64,000 nucleotides of DNA, taken from Mycobacterium sp. Its GTDB lineage: Bacteria > Actinomycetota > Actinomycetes > Mycobacteriales > Mycobacteriaceae. The first letter of the stretch is position 1. Every line of letters starts with the position of its first letter. A program made the translations under genes and the position numbers. Under the pieces are notes generated by a model. It worked only from the letters and a program-made list of their open reading frames with translations, was not told the origin of the DNA and did not search any database. The stretch spans positions 8,244 through 72,243 of the forward strand of contig NZ_DASPSP010000018.1 in the NCBI RefSeq assembly GCF_035623875.1, written 5' to 3'. Of this stretch, positions 19,413 to 29,734 are shown piece by piece.

Positions 19413-20852
19413 TTAATCGGTCGCCGCTTTCGCCAGTGAAGTGGGCCGCAGGTAGTTGCCTTCCAGCGTGCGATGCCACCACGCGTGATCATGTCGCAAT
19501 TCGGCCGCAGTGGTGAAGCGGTATCGGTAGAGCTGAGCGCGTACGTATCGTGGCGGGGACCCCGGGAAGGGATTGTGGCGGAGCAAGCGCAGCGTCGCCA
19601 CATCATTCTGCAAGAGCCGCAACACAAATGGTCGAAGCCAGGGGTAGGCGTAGTGCGGCGAGATGGCGGCAAACCACATCAGCCAGTCCAGTCGCAGGTG
19701 ATACGGCGCCCATTGCGCCGGCACGCGGCGCACCGCCCCGGGCTTGCCTTTGAACTCGTATTCCTTCCACACCGTCTGATTGGTGACCTCCGGCTCGTCG
19801 GTGCCTTCGATCACTACCTCCCGGCGGGTTCGGCCTATGGTGCCGAACGCGCCATACGTGTTGATCAGGTGGTACGCGTTGAACGACATGTTCATCCGCT
19901 GCCGCCGGGAGATCATGTTGCGCACCGGATACCAGGTCAGCATCACGGTCAGCACCGTGAACCCGATCACCAGGCCGGCGAACCACGGTGGAGCTGCGAC
20001 CAGCGCCGGCTGTTTGGGAATGGGCAGCACTGCCGCCGCCGATGACGCGTCGATCACGCTGCAGCCCAGGAGAATCGTCAACCAGTTCAACCAGGCGAAG
20101 TTACCCGAGATCACCAGCCACAGCTGGGTGATGACGACGATCGCTCCGGCGATGCTGGCCACCGGCTGCGGGGCGAACAATCCAAACGGGACAATCAGCT
20201 GCGCGAAATGGTTCCCAACGACTTCTACCCGATGCAGGGGCTTGGGTAGGTGATGGAAGAACCAGCTCAGCGGCCCTGGCATCGGTTGAGTTTCGTGGTG
20301 GTAGTAAAGGCAGGTCAGATCGCGCCAGCACGAGTCACCGCGGAGCTTGATCAGTCCCGCACCGAACTCGAGCCGGAATAGCAGCAAGCGCGCCAGCCAC
20401 ATGGCCAGCAGCGGCGGCGCGACCCGGTCATTGCCGAGGAAGATCGCCAGGAAACCGGTCTCGAGCAGTAGCGACTCCCAGCCGAACGAGTACCACGTCT
20501 GGCCGACATTGACGATCGACAGGTAAAGCAACCAAAGCAGCAGCCACACCAATACCGCAGCCCACAGCGGCAATGCGCCGGCCAAGCCCAACGCCATAGC
20601 TGCCGATAGCAGCGCACCCAACCAGGCGACAGCCGCAAAGAACCGATCGGAATAGTGGACGTGGAAGATGCTCGGCGTTTGGCGGAAGGATTGTCGGGCC
20701 AGATAGCGCGGCACCGGCAGCAGCCCGTGTTCCCCGATCAGCGCCCGAAACTGTCGCGCGGCCGCAACGAACGCGAAGACATAAACGACCGCGATGCCAC
20801 GCTCCAGTATCAGCCGGCCCAACCAATACTCGGGTGCGCTAAACCATCCCAT
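19413..20852 (-). CDS. Lipase maturation factor family membrane protein (Rv0235c-like)
   Basis: FGWESLLLETGFL, HHETQPMP, YEFKGKPG, RLDWLMWFA motifs. Confidence 0.92.
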   Translation of the reverse strand: MGWFSAPEYWLGRLILERGIAVVYVFAFVAAARQFRALIGEHGLLPVPRYLARQSFRQTPSIFHVHYSDRFFAAVAWLGALLSAAMALGLAGALPLWAAVLVWLLLWLLYLSIVNVGQTWYSFGWESLLLETGFLAIFLGNDRVAPPLLAMWLARLLLFRLEFGAGLIKLRGDSCWRDLTCLYYHHETQPMPGPLSWFFHHLPKPLHRVEVVGNHFAQLIVPFGLFAPQPVASIAGAIVVITQLWLVISGNFAWLNWLTILLGCSVIDASSAAAVLPIPKQPALVAAPPWFAGLVIGFTVLTVMLTWYPVRNMISRRQRMNMSFNAYHLINTYGAFGTIGRTRREVVIEGTDEPEVTNQTVWKEYEFKGKPGAVRRVPAQWAPYHLRLDWLMWFAAISPHYAYPWLRPFVLRLLQNDVATLRLLRHNPFPGSPPRYVRAQLYRYRFTTAAELRHDHAWWHRTLEGNYLRPTSLAKAATD

Positions 20853-20928
20853 GTCCGTAACTCCTCGGACGGTGGACGTCGGTACTCATCCTCCCGCGTG
20901 CACAGCCGGCCCGGGTGAAAACCGCGCT

Positions 20929-21561
20929 TCAGGAGTCGGCTTTGAGGATCACCGGAACTTCGATGTCGTTTCGGACAAGCTCACCTGGAAAGCACGGGGA
21001 CACGCCGGTAATCGTCGGTGGATATCCGTTGTGGTTAGCCGCGACGATTTGGAGACTGTACCCATCCGGCGCATAACCGAATCGGTTCGGTTTCCGGAAC
21101 CCGTCGCGTTCACGCACGTACCAGCCCCAGCCCTGCCAGATATCACCGGCCTTGGCGATCATCGCGTCCAGATCGGTTTCGGGAGGAAAGACCGCGTCAC
21201 GGATGTCGGAGAATTCGTTCGGCGGGACACCGGTCGGCTCGTCATTGCACGGTGTATTTCCCGAGCCCGCGTAGCGGGAGCGATCGAAGACCGTTCCCGT
21301 CGGTAAGGCTTGGAGGGTCTTCTTCAGATACCCGATCACGGTGTCTTGGGCTTGTTGCTGGCTGGTTGGGACGACGGGTTGCACCTTCCAACCCGGCGGC
21401 GGTGGCGGGCCAGATGCCATGGGAAGTTCTCCAATGGTCGTTGCTCCCGACGGTGTCGGAGGTCCCGGCGGGTTGCGTTGGCCGCAAGCGACGAGCGCGA
21501 TGACCAGGATGGTGCCGGTCAAAACAGTTCGCGCTAGGGCTTGGGAGGTGGTGGCATTCAT
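20929..21561 (-). CDS. Lipoprotein (LppA/LppJ-like), putative immunity protein
   Basis: GAGG RBS, ATG at 21561, signal peptide ending in lipobox LVAC (Cys26), Pro-rich linker, two further Cys including C-terminal SPC. Confidence 0.8.
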   Translation of the reverse strand: MNATTSQALARTVLTGTILVIALVACGQRNPPGPPTPSGATTIGELPMASGPPPPPGWKVQPVVPTSQQQAQDTVIGYLKKTLQALPTGTVFDRSRYAGSGNTPCNDEPTGVPPNEFSDIRDAVFPPETDLDAMIAKAGDIWQGWGWYVRERDGFRKPNRFGYAPDGYSLQIVAANHNGYPPTITGVSPCFPGELVRNDIEVPVILKADS

Positions 21562-21572
21562 CTGGTCCTCGC

Positions 21573-23216
21573 TCAGCTCGGCCCGACGATCTGCGGAGGC
21601 GCAACCCCGGCGATGACGGCGCCCATGTTGGCCAGCGCGATGTTGTGTTGATCCCAGTAGCTGCTGTGGGCGTCGACGCTCGGCAGTCCCACCGGGCCGG
21701 TGGGTATCGGGCCGGCCGCCAAGCCACGGGCGCCGAACTTCGGTGCTGTCGGATCGGGTCCCAGTGTCCATTCGGCGACCACGCCGCTGATGCCGATGAT
21801 GTCGTCAGCCGCCCGCATCGCATACACATCGGCGCCCGGCTCCAGGCTGAGCCCGTCGACGCGGTCCACCAACATTCCGGGGCTGCCAACCGCGATGACG
21901 TTGTCAGCATCGAGGTGATGCCCACCTGAAGCGGCCGCGCCGACCAGTGTCGAGCCGTAGCTGTGGCCGATTACGGTGTCGATCGACGGTGGCCCGACAT
22001 GTGAGGCGCGCAGCCCGCTCTCGAATGCGTCCAACCCGTCGGCGCCCGCGCGAGCGGGATCAGGGAAGGCCGCGCGGCTCAAGTTCATTGGACGGTCATA
22101 ACCCATCCACGTCGTAATCGACACATCCTTGGGGCCAAGAGTCTTGTCTGCGGCACGCGCCGTGTTGTACATCGCCACTGCTCTTGCGTCGCTGAACGAC
22201 AGACGGGCCAGGTCCTGACCGGTGCCGGGAACGAAAATGCCATTGCGTTTGGCGAAGTCCGGGTTCCCGATAGCCACGGCGCCATGGCCCGTGTCATCGA
22301 GGTAGCCCAAGTAGCGATCCACCCCATCCGCGCGGTTCAAGTCGGCTCGTACCGCCTGATAGCCCGCCAATTTGCGTCGGGCCGCCGCCAGCTGTGATTG
22401 CAACGCATACAGCGCGCCGTCGTCGACGTTGTGGCCGGCCGCCATCTCGTCAATGCTGTGCTGCATCCGGTCGACGGCGGCTTCGGTCTGCCCCTCGAGC
22501 TCGTGTAGGTGCAGCCGGTTGTAGTGGTCCTTCCCCAGGTGATCCGTTGGGTCCCACGGCATTCCGGCGTGGTTGCCGACGTTGTGGTTTTGACCGTATA
22601 GCCAGTCCTTTTCCTCCGGGGTGAGCTGATTCCACAACTCGTTGAACTTCTTCGGGTCATCGGGCAGCGGCTCGGACAGCGCGTCCTGGATGTGTGGCCG
22701 ATTGTCATGCGGTTCCGTCGGAATGGGCACGTCTCCGTCGGCCATATCGATCGCTGTCGCCAGCTCCGCGTCGACGGCGTTGGCCTCGGCCAGAATCGCG
22801 TCTAGCCATGGCTGCAGCTGCATTTCGGCGATGAGGGCTGCTGACGGCGGACCGTTGAACGTCGCACTCGGCACCACCTTGTCGGTCAGCGGATCGATCG
22901 TCATGTGCAGCTCGGCGGCATCGTGCCGCAGCGAGCGCAATTCGGACTGCACGTGCTCGATGCCGTCGGCGGCTTTGCCGGCCGCGCGGGCGACCGCCAG
23001 TGACTCGTTACCGTGCGCGTCGAGGTCTTCGCGGATCGCGGCATTGGTGTGCCATCTGGCCTCGGCAGTTGCGCCCTCCCAGGTGTCGAACACCGCCAAC
23101 GAGCTCAGCTGACGCGACGCTTCCAAGGTGGCCTGCCCGCGCGCCCCGGCCGCGTGGAACACCTCGCGCACCGCCTCGGCGCTCCATCGATCAATATCGA
23201 CCACCGGCAGCGTCAC
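21573..23216 (-). CDS. WXG100-like N-terminus fused to an alpha/beta hydrolase (DUF1023/Abhydrolase_8)
   Basis: Helical N-terminus with WEG at residues 46-48; VPGTG, GHSYG nucleophile elbow, DDII, AHSSYW triad motifs; no signal peptide. Confidence 0.85.
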   Translation of the reverse strand: MTLPVVDIDRWSAEAVREVFHAAGARGQATLEASRQLSSLAVFDTWEGATAEARWHTNAAIREDLDAHGNESLAVARAAGKAADGIEHVQSELRSLRHDAAELHMTIDPLTDKVVPSATFNGPPSAALIAEMQLQPWLDAILAEANAVDAELATAIDMADGDVPIPTEPHDNRPHIQDALSEPLPDDPKKFNELWNQLTPEEKDWLYGQNHNVGNHAGMPWDPTDHLGKDHYNRLHLHELEGQTEAAVDRMQHSIDEMAAGHNVDDGALYALQSQLAAARRKLAGYQAVRADLNRADGVDRYLGYLDDTGHGAVAIGNPDFAKRNGIFVPGTGQDLARLSFSDARAVAMYNTARAADKTLGPKDVSITTWMGYDRPMNLSRAAFPDPARAGADGLDAFESGLRASHVGPPSIDTVIGHSYGSTLVGAAASGGHHLDADNVIAVGSPGMLVDRVDGLSLEPGADVYAMRAADDIIGISGVVAEWTLGPDPTAPKFGARGLAAGPIPTGPVGLPSVDAHSSYWDQHNIALANMGAVIAGVAPPQIVGPS

Positions 23217-23273
23217 AAGTTATGCCGTAACAGCATTGAAGATTGGCCACAAGTCACCGGTTGTCCGAGTTGC

Positions 23274-26200
23274 TTATCGGACGGATTTGTGCCACGACGT
23301 CGCCGAGGCCACCAGCGCCGCAAGTGAAATCAGCGCCAACAGTTGCAGGCCGGCGGAATGCCCGGCGTAGCCGTCGACCGATCGCCACGGATGCCGGGAC
23401 AGTGCCGCGCCGGCCAGAATCAGTCCGCCGGCGCTGCACCCCACGGTGATCACGTCCCGCCGTCGGAGACGGTTAGGCAAAGCCCATTGCAGGCCGAGCG
23501 CGGCGCCGAACACCAGAACGCCTACCACTCCGGCGATCACCGCCCCGGCCGTCAGCACAGCGACAGCCGCCCACGGTCCAGGTGCCCACGGGCGCGCCGC
23601 CGGGCCATCGCGGGGCGGACGTCGCTGCGGCCACCACGCCATCAGTGCCAACAGCGGCAGCAGCGCCAGCCCGCCGGCCAGGCCGGCGCGATAAAGCGAG
23701 TTGGGCGCAAAGGTGAGCGTGACGGTGCCCGAGGTTCCCGCCGGCACCACCCAGCCCTGCTGCCAGCCGTTGACGGCAACCGGTGTGAGCCGAGTCCCGG
23801 CTCTGGTGTGTGCGACCCAACCAGGGTTGATGCTCTCCGGAACGACCAACACCCGCGACACCGCCGCCTGCGGTATGCGGACCTCGCGGCGGGCCGGACC
23901 CCATGCCCCAGTGGGAGCGGACATCGCGGATGTGGCTGTGGCAGTGGGCGATTCAGCTGCCAGCGGCCCGGACAACTGCGCGCCGTCGACGATGAATTGT
24001 GGCCCGGGACTTATCAATAGCTCCTGCTGACCGGTCGGCAACTCGATCGGCTGACGGTCGCATGCTCGGGCGGTCACCGGCGCGCCGTCCAGCAGCGCAC
24101 CGACCGTGGTCTGGATCGCGGTGTGCACAAACCGGCCGGCGATGGCGATTACCGGCCCGTGAGCGCAGTCGACGCTGACCTCGCGAGCCCGGTTGCGCGC
24201 GGCATCGGCGGGGGCAACCGGTTTGCCGTCGGCGCCGAGCACCGCGATCTCGGCCAGTCCCGGCGGTTTCAGCTGATCGAAGCCCAGCGCGGTGCGGTCG
24301 ATAACGTCATCCCAGTCCAGCAGGCTGACCGTGACAGTATCGGTGACTCGGGGTTGCAGCTGCAGGCTTTGTGGGCCGTTCAATCGGCGGACCTGCGGAC
24401 CGTCCCCGAGGTCGATGGCGGCCATGGTCGGGTGTGCGGGCACTGACGACCGGGCGGGAACCAGCCGTAGCCCGGTCACCTCGGTCGGCTGAGGCAGGGT
24501 GAGGGTCAGCGTCGGGGGCGTCTTGTGCTGCACCACCCGTTGTGGTGCTGTCCACGCGGTGGCCGGGTCACCATCGGTGGCGGCATAAGCGGAGGCGAGG
24601 ACGTCAACCAGATCGGAGTCACCGCGGGCCCGGGTGGTGTCCGGTTCGGCAATCAGATCGGCCAGTTTGGGTCCCGGCCGCGCACGCACCCACACCGTTG
24701 GTAGCACCGAAACCGGTTGGGGCACAGTCAGTGTCCGGCTGAACGTCGCCGGTGTTTCCGGTGTCAGCGCCATCGAGGCCGCACACTGCATGGTCGCCGG
24801 GCCCCCTGGCCCCTCAGCGCAGCCCGGCCTGCCGAGCAATTCCGAGCCGAGGTCCCACCGCGCGACGGCCTCAGTCGGCGGGGGACCGGGAACCAGCACG
24901 GTGTGCCGCAGTTCGACCGGGTGCGCAAACCCGGACGCGTCGTACTGGGTGATCGCCAAGTCGGTGATCGCAAACTGCACCCCGGCCGAACCGTCGTCGG
25001 TGCCGACCGCGGTGATCCGCACCCACGGGGTTTCGCCGTACGGCAGTGCCGCGGTAACCGGTTTGCCCGCCTCGTCGAACCTCAGCGTCGTGGTGCCGGT
25101 GGCGGTGGCCACCTCGATCCTGCGGACCTGGGCGCCGACGGCGGTCGCGCTCGGTGTGATCGTGATGACGCTGTTGGTCACCGGACGGTCGAAGTCCACC
25201 TGAAGCCATTGACCGACGGCGGACTGCAGCGCGTTGGACACCCACGCGGTCGCCGAGTCGCCGTCAATCGCGGCGGCGGGCGAGGTCGCCGGGGCGACGT
25301 CGGGCAGCGCAGTGGCGTCCGACGACGAACTGGACACCGCGAGCCGGCCGCCGGTCCAGGCGCCGTACACGGTGTCGGCCCCCGGGGTCGGGTAGTCGGG
25401 CACCCGGTTGAAGGTGCGTCGGGCGTCGCCGACCGCCCGGATCGCCGACGAGTGGTCATCAACCCGGCCGTAATCGGTTTCCCGGGCCAGCGGGGTATCG
25501 GTGACGGTGACCCCTGCCCCAGCGGGCACCGGCAGACCGGCGCGTCGGGCGTCGGCGGTCATCAGCACCGGACCCAGCGGAGGCTGACCCGCCAGGCGAC
25601 GGCGTTCGTCGAGGCGCAACAGCACTTCCGGCCCGCCGTCGACGCGGGCCAGTCGGTCGGTGTCGGTCAGGTAGGGGGCGCCGTGTTCGCCGTTGGCGGT
25701 GGCGTCTGTGGCGACGCGGTAGATCTCCACGGCGGGGTATCGGGGTCGCAATCCGCTGTCGGTGACGAACCCCGACACCGGGCCGGGCCCGACCGGCGCG
25801 CCAAACTGGGCGATTTTCGCCAGGCGCGGCGACCCCGCGATCGCCCGGTGCACGAGAATCGGGCGCGCCGAACGCGACGTGTCGGGGTCCAGGTCATTGC
25901 GCACGACGAGATACGAAATACCTTGGCGGGCAAGCGTATCAGCCAAGCCCCCGGAAGGTCTGCCGGCGGCGAAGAGGCGTTGCACCGAATCCAGCGCTCG
26001 GATGGTTTGCGGCGGGGTCAAGGGGATCGAGTCGCGCACACCCCACGGGCTGTCGCCGAGAACCTGTAGCGGTTCGTCGTGGCTGGTCCCCCACTGCTGG
26101 GTGGCAAACGGCGCGCCGGGAACCACCAGCACTCGGCCGCCAGTCGGTGAACCGGTGTTGTGTTCGGAGAGCCAGTCCGCGGTCTCATGCCAATACCGGG

Positions 26201-27506
26201 GTATCGCGCTGAACGTGCCGGGCGGGGCGATCCGACCGGTCCACGCCAGCGAAGTGGCGGCCAACAGGGCGGTCAAGATCACGATCGCGGCCGCGACCCG
26301 CTTGTCGCGCTCAGGATGAGCAAACGCGTGGATCCAGTCCGCTTTCGGCGCGGTCCCCGGTAGCGGGATCCGGCCCAGCACCTGAGCCAGGCCCAGGACT
26401 ATCGGGATCCGGATCACCGACTCCAGCTTGTGCACGTTGCGCAGCGGCGCTCCGCCGGCGTCCAGGAAAGCCTGCGCGTGATGCGCCAGCGGCGAGCCGA
26501 GCCCGCCGCTGTAGCCGGCGGCCAGCAGTACCACCCCGACGAGCAGCATCGTCACCAGCCGACCGCGCGCCGGCGAATCCCGCATGCTCAAACCGGCCAA
26601 CCCGGCCGCCGCCACCAGGCAGGTGGCCAGGATAGCGACCGATCCGGTGACCAAAGGGGCACCCGCGGTCGCGTCGGGCGCCACGAACGGGGTCCAGCTG
26701 TCGGTGCCGCGCAGCACTTCGACCAGCGACGACCATTGCGTGGTCACGCCGGACGACTCGATGAAGTCCAGAAACGGCGGGCTGATCCGGGCCATCAAGA
26801 TCAGCGCCGCCAGCCACCACGTCATCGCCAATGCCAGGGCCAGCAACCACCACCCGGTGTAACGCCACCACCGGCGGTTGGGTCGGTGGCAGGCCCACCA
26901 GATCACGGCGGGCAGGCAGCCGGCCAACGTCGCGATCGCGTTGACCGCTCCCATCAGCGCCACGGCCACCCCGGCCTGCCCGGCGAGCCGGCGCAGCGAC
27001 CGCTCGGCGTCGCCGCGCAGCGCCACAATGGTGGGCAGCAGCACCCACGGCGCGAGCATGATCGGCAAGGTTTCCGACGAGATCGACCCCAAGGTGGTCA
27101 ATACCCGAGGCGAAAGCGCGAACGCCGCCGCCGCGACCACCCGCGATGTCGGGCTGCCGATACGCAGCGCCTCAGCGACCCGCAGCAACCCCCAGAAGCC
27201 GACGGTCAGCAGCAGTGCCCACCACAGCCGCTGGGTCACCCAGCCGGGTAGTCCCAACAGGTGACCGGCCAGGAAGAACGCCCCGTGCGGAAACAAGTAG
27301 CCGTAGGCCTGGTTCTGGGCTTGCCCGAAGGGCAGTTCGCTGTTCCACAAATTGGTCGCCCGGGCCAGGAAACGCAGCGGGTTGGCGGTGAGGTCGAGCT
27401 TGGTGTCGGGGGAGATCTGCCCGGGCGACGCAGCGAAGCTCAACATCAGCGCGACCGTCGCGACCAACCACAACCAGCGTCGCGACAGTGGCGCTACGGC
27501 AGACAT
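23274..27506 (-). CDS. aftD: Arabinofuranosyltransferase AftD (Rv0236c)
   Basis: 1410 aa; PDTKLDL, QNQAYGYLFP GT-C motifs, large periplasmic carbohydrate-binding region, C-terminal TMs. Confidence 0.95.
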   Translation of the reverse strand: MSAVAPLSRRWLWLVATVALMLSFAASPGQISPDTKLDLTANPLRFLARATNLWNSELPFGQAQNQAYGYLFPHGAFFLAGHLLGLPGWVTQRLWWALLLTVGFWGLLRVAEALRIGSPTSRVVAAAAFALSPRVLTTLGSISSETLPIMLAPWVLLPTIVALRGDAERSLRRLAGQAGVAVALMGAVNAIATLAGCLPAVIWWACHRPNRRWWRYTGWWLLALALAMTWWLAALILMARISPPFLDFIESSGVTTQWSSLVEVLRGTDSWTPFVAPDATAGAPLVTGSVAILATCLVAAAGLAGLSMRDSPARGRLVTMLLVGVVLLAAGYSGGLGSPLAHHAQAFLDAGGAPLRNVHKLESVIRIPIVLGLAQVLGRIPLPGTAPKADWIHAFAHPERDKRVAAAIVILTALLAATSLAWTGRIAPPGTFSAIPRYWHETADWLSEHNTGSPTGGRVLVVPGAPFATQQWGTSHDEPLQVLGDSPWGVRDSIPLTPPQTIRALDSVQRLFAAGRPSGGLADTLARQGISYLVVRNDLDPDTSRSARPILVHRAIAGSPRLAKIAQFGAPVGPGPVSGFVTDSGLRPRYPAVEIYRVATDATANGEHGAPYLTDTDRLARVDGGPEVLLRLDERRRLAGQPPLGPVLMTADARRAGLPVPAGAGVTVTDTPLARETDYGRVDDHSSAIRAVGDARRTFNRVPDYPTPGADTVYGAWTGGRLAVSSSSSDATALPDVAPATSPAAAIDGDSATAWVSNALQSAVGQWLQVDFDRPVTNSVITITPSATAVGAQVRRIEVATATGTTTLRFDEAGKPVTAALPYGETPWVRITAVGTDDGSAGVQFAITDLAITQYDASGFAHPVELRHTVLVPGPPPTEAVARWDLGSELLGRPGCAEGPGGPATMQCAASMALTPETPATFSRTLTVPQPVSVLPTVWVRARPGPKLADLIAEPDTTRARGDSDLVDVLASAYAATDGDPATAWTAPQRVVQHKTPPTLTLTLPQPTEVTGLRLVPARSSVPAHPTMAAIDLGDGPQVRRLNGPQSLQLQPRVTDTVTVSLLDWDDVIDRTALGFDQLKPPGLAEIAVLGADGKPVAPADAARNRAREVSVDCAHGPVIAIAGRFVHTAIQTTVGALLDGAPVTARACDRQPIELPTGQQELLISPGPQFIVDGAQLSGPLAAESPTATATSAMSAPTGAWGPARREVRIPQAAVSRVLVVPESINPGWVAHTRAGTRLTPVAVNGWQQGWVVPAGTSGTVTLTFAPNSLYRAGLAGGLALLPLLALMAWWPQRRPPRDGPAARPWAPGPWAAVAVLTAGAVIAGVVGVLVFGAALGLQWALPNRLRRRDVITVGCSAGGLILAGAALSRHPWRSVDGYAGHSAGLQLLALISLAALVASATSWHKSVR

Positions 27507-27540
27507 GGCCTTCGCGCCGGCGACCGTAGTCGCCGCGCGG

Positions 27541-27714
27541 CTAACTGCGGTTGCCGTACTCGACCCGGTTGAGCACCGACGACTGCGGGTCGCCGCCGGG
27601 AAGCGGTGGCTTGGTGTCCTGCTGGATCATCAACGTGATCCCGAAGATCGCGGCTGCGCCCAGCAACAGACCGACCACGACGCTGGCGGCGGCGGGCGCA
27701 ACGAAGCGGTTCAT
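27541..27714 (-). CDS. Small secreted/membrane protein DUF2613 (Rv0236A-like), 57 aa
   Basis: Manual translation: MNRFVAPAAASVVVGLLLGAAAIFGITLMIQQDTKPPLPGGDPQSSVLNRVEYGNRS. Confidence 0.88.
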   Translation of the reverse strand: MNRFVAPAAASVVVGLLLGAAAIFGITLMIQQDTKPPLPGGDPQSSVLNRVEYGNRS

Positions 27715-27850
27715 CGGGCAGCTCCTAGGAAGTGCGGGCGTGCTTAGGGGCCAAACCTAGCAGAAGACGCAGAAGACAAGGTCGCAGCCGGTCGGCGCGG
27801 ACAAGGTGGGGTGCGGGCGCGGCGAATCGACCCCGTGACAGCATGGGCGC

Positions 27851-29005
27851 ATGGCTTTCCCGCGTGTTTTCGCTGTGCTTGCCGCGGTTATGGCTCTGGT
27901 GGTGGGGTGCGGCCACAGCTCCGAACGACCTAAGTCGGCACCGGCCACGTCCGCGGCCCAGCCGATCCCCCCAGCCCGACCTGCGTGCGGGGATCCGGCA
28001 GCGATGGTGGCGGCAATGTCCACCCGCGACAAGCTGGCCCAGCTGCTGATGGTCGGAGTGCGCGACGGCGACGACGCCAAAGCCGTCGTGGCGGACCACC
28101 ACGTCGGCGGCATCTTTATCGGCAGCTGGACCGACCTGTCGATGCTGACAAACGGCTCGGTGAAGAACCTCGCCGCAAGCACAGCGCTGCCGGTGGCGAT
28201 CAGCGTCGACGAGGAGGGCGGCCGGGTAGCGCGGCTGTCGTCGCTGATCGGGCCGGCGCCGTCGCCCCGCGTGCTGGCCCAGACTCACACCGCCGACGAG
28301 GTTTACGGCATCGCGCTGGATCGGGGCCACCGGATGCGTGGCCTGGGCATCACCATCGATTTCGCTCCGGTGGTCGATGTCACCAACGCTCCCGACAACA
28401 CCGTGATCGGCGACCGGTCGTTCAGCTCGGATCCCGCCGTGGTCACCGCGTACGCCGGCGCATATGCGCGAGGTCTGCGTGACGCGGGGCTGCTGCCGGT
28501 GCTCAAGCATTTTCCCGGCCACGGGCACGGGTCCGGCGACTCGCACACCGGTGGGGTCACCACGCCGCCGCTGGACCAGTTGCAGAACGACGATTTGGTG
28601 CCATACCGGTCGCTGGTGTCCGCCGCGCCGGTCGGCGTCATGGTGGGCCACCTGCAGGTACCCGGCCTGACGGGTGACCAACCGGCCAGCCTCAGCAAGG
28701 CCGCTGTGCAGTTGTTACGCACCGGCACCGGGTACAAAGGCCCGGCCTTCGACGGCCCGGTGTTCAGCGACGACCTATCCAGTATGGCCGCGATCAACCA
28801 GCACTACAGCGTGCCTGAAGCGGTCTTGCGTACCCTGCAGGCCGGCACCGACATCGCGCTGTGGGTTACCACCGACGAGGTGCCCGCTGTGCTGGATCGC
28901 ATGGAGAAGGCGTTGGCCGCAGGGGAGTTGACGATGTCTGCGGTCGATGCCTCGGTACTGCGGGTGGCGAAGGTCAAGGGCCCGAAGCCGGACTGCGGGC
29001 CGTAA
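27851..29005 (+). CDS. lpqI: GH3 beta-N-acetylglucosaminidase lipoprotein (Rv0237)
   Basis: Lipobox LVVGC, SVDEEGG, KHFPGHG, FSDDL. Confidence 0.92.
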   Translation: MAFPRVFAVLAAVMALVVGCGHSSERPKSAPATSAAQPIPPARPACGDPAAMVAAMSTRDKLAQLLMVGVRDGDDAKAVVADHHVGGIFIGSWTDLSMLTNGSVKNLAASTALPVAISVDEEGGRVARLSSLIGPAPSPRVLAQTHTADEVYGIALDRGHRMRGLGITIDFAPVVDVTNAPDNTVIGDRSFSSDPAVVTAYAGAYARGLRDAGLLPVLKHFPGHGHGSGDSHTGGVTTPPLDQLQNDDLVPYRSLVSAAPVGVMVGHLQVPGLTGDQPASLSKAAVQLLRTGTGYKGPAFDGPVFSDDLSSMAAINQHYSVPEAVLRTLQAGTDIALWVTTDEVPAVLDRMEKALAAGELTMSAVDASVLRVAKVKGPKPDCGP

Positions 29006-29081
29006 ACGCGGCGGCCCGCATATGCATTGCTTACCCTGAAGTCAGGCAATCTCGATGGTGCCGTGGCTAGAAGGGGAAAGC

Positions 29082-29711
29082 ATGGCAGGTGGTACCAAGC
29101 GGCTACCCCGTGCTGTGCGCGAACAGCAGATGCTGGATGCCGCTGTGCAGATGTTCTCCGTCAACGGCTACCACGAGACGTCGATGGACGCGATCGCGGC
29201 CAAGGCCGAGATCTCCAAGCCGATGCTGTACCTGTATTACGGCTCTAAGGAAGAACTGTTCGGCGCTTGCCTGGACCGCGAGTTGGCGCGATTCATCGAC
29301 GGTGTGCGTGACGACATCGATCTCGAGCAGAGCCCAAAGGACCTGTTGCGCAACGCCATCCTGTCGTTCATGCGTTACATCGACGCCAACCGCGCGTCGT
29401 GGATCGTCATGTATACCCAGGCCACTAGCTCGCAGGCATTCGCCCACACCGTGCGCGAGGGCCGCGAGCGCATCATCGCGCTGGTCGCCCGGCTGCTGGA
29501 AACCGGTACCCGCAATCCCGAACCCGATACCGACTTCGAGATGGTGGCGGTGGCGTTGGTGGGCGCCGGCGAGGCCATCGCCACCCGGCTCAGTACCGGT
29601 GACACCGACGTCGACGAGGCGGCGGAACTGATGATCAACTTGTTCTGGCGCGGCCTCAAAGGCGTGCCGTCCGATCGAGACGCGGCCGAAGCCGCCGCCG
29701 GGTCCGGTTAG
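29082..29711 (+). CDS. fdmR: TetR regulator of fatty-acid catabolism (Rv0238 / FdmR-like)
   Basis: MAGGTKRLPRAVREQQMLDAAV, HTH, synteny with htdX-fabG4-fadA2-fadE5. Confidence 0.85.
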   Translation: MAGGTKRLPRAVREQQMLDAAVQMFSVNGYHETSMDAIAAKAEISKPMLYLYYGSKEELFGACLDRELARFIDGVRDDIDLEQSPKDLLRNAILSFMRYIDANRASWIVMYTQATSSQAFAHTVREGRERIIALVARLLETGTRNPEPDTDFEMVAVALVGAGEAIATRLSTGDTDVDEAAELMINLFWRGLKGVPSDRDAAEAAAGSG

Positions 29712-29734
29712 CCGCGGATACGCCGACCCACGCC

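Noticed and set aside
24717-26069. 450-aa plus-strand ORF and other long ORFs inside aftD
   Set aside because: Antisense to a clear 1410-aa gene; Arg/Gly/Pro-rich composition typical of non-coding frames.
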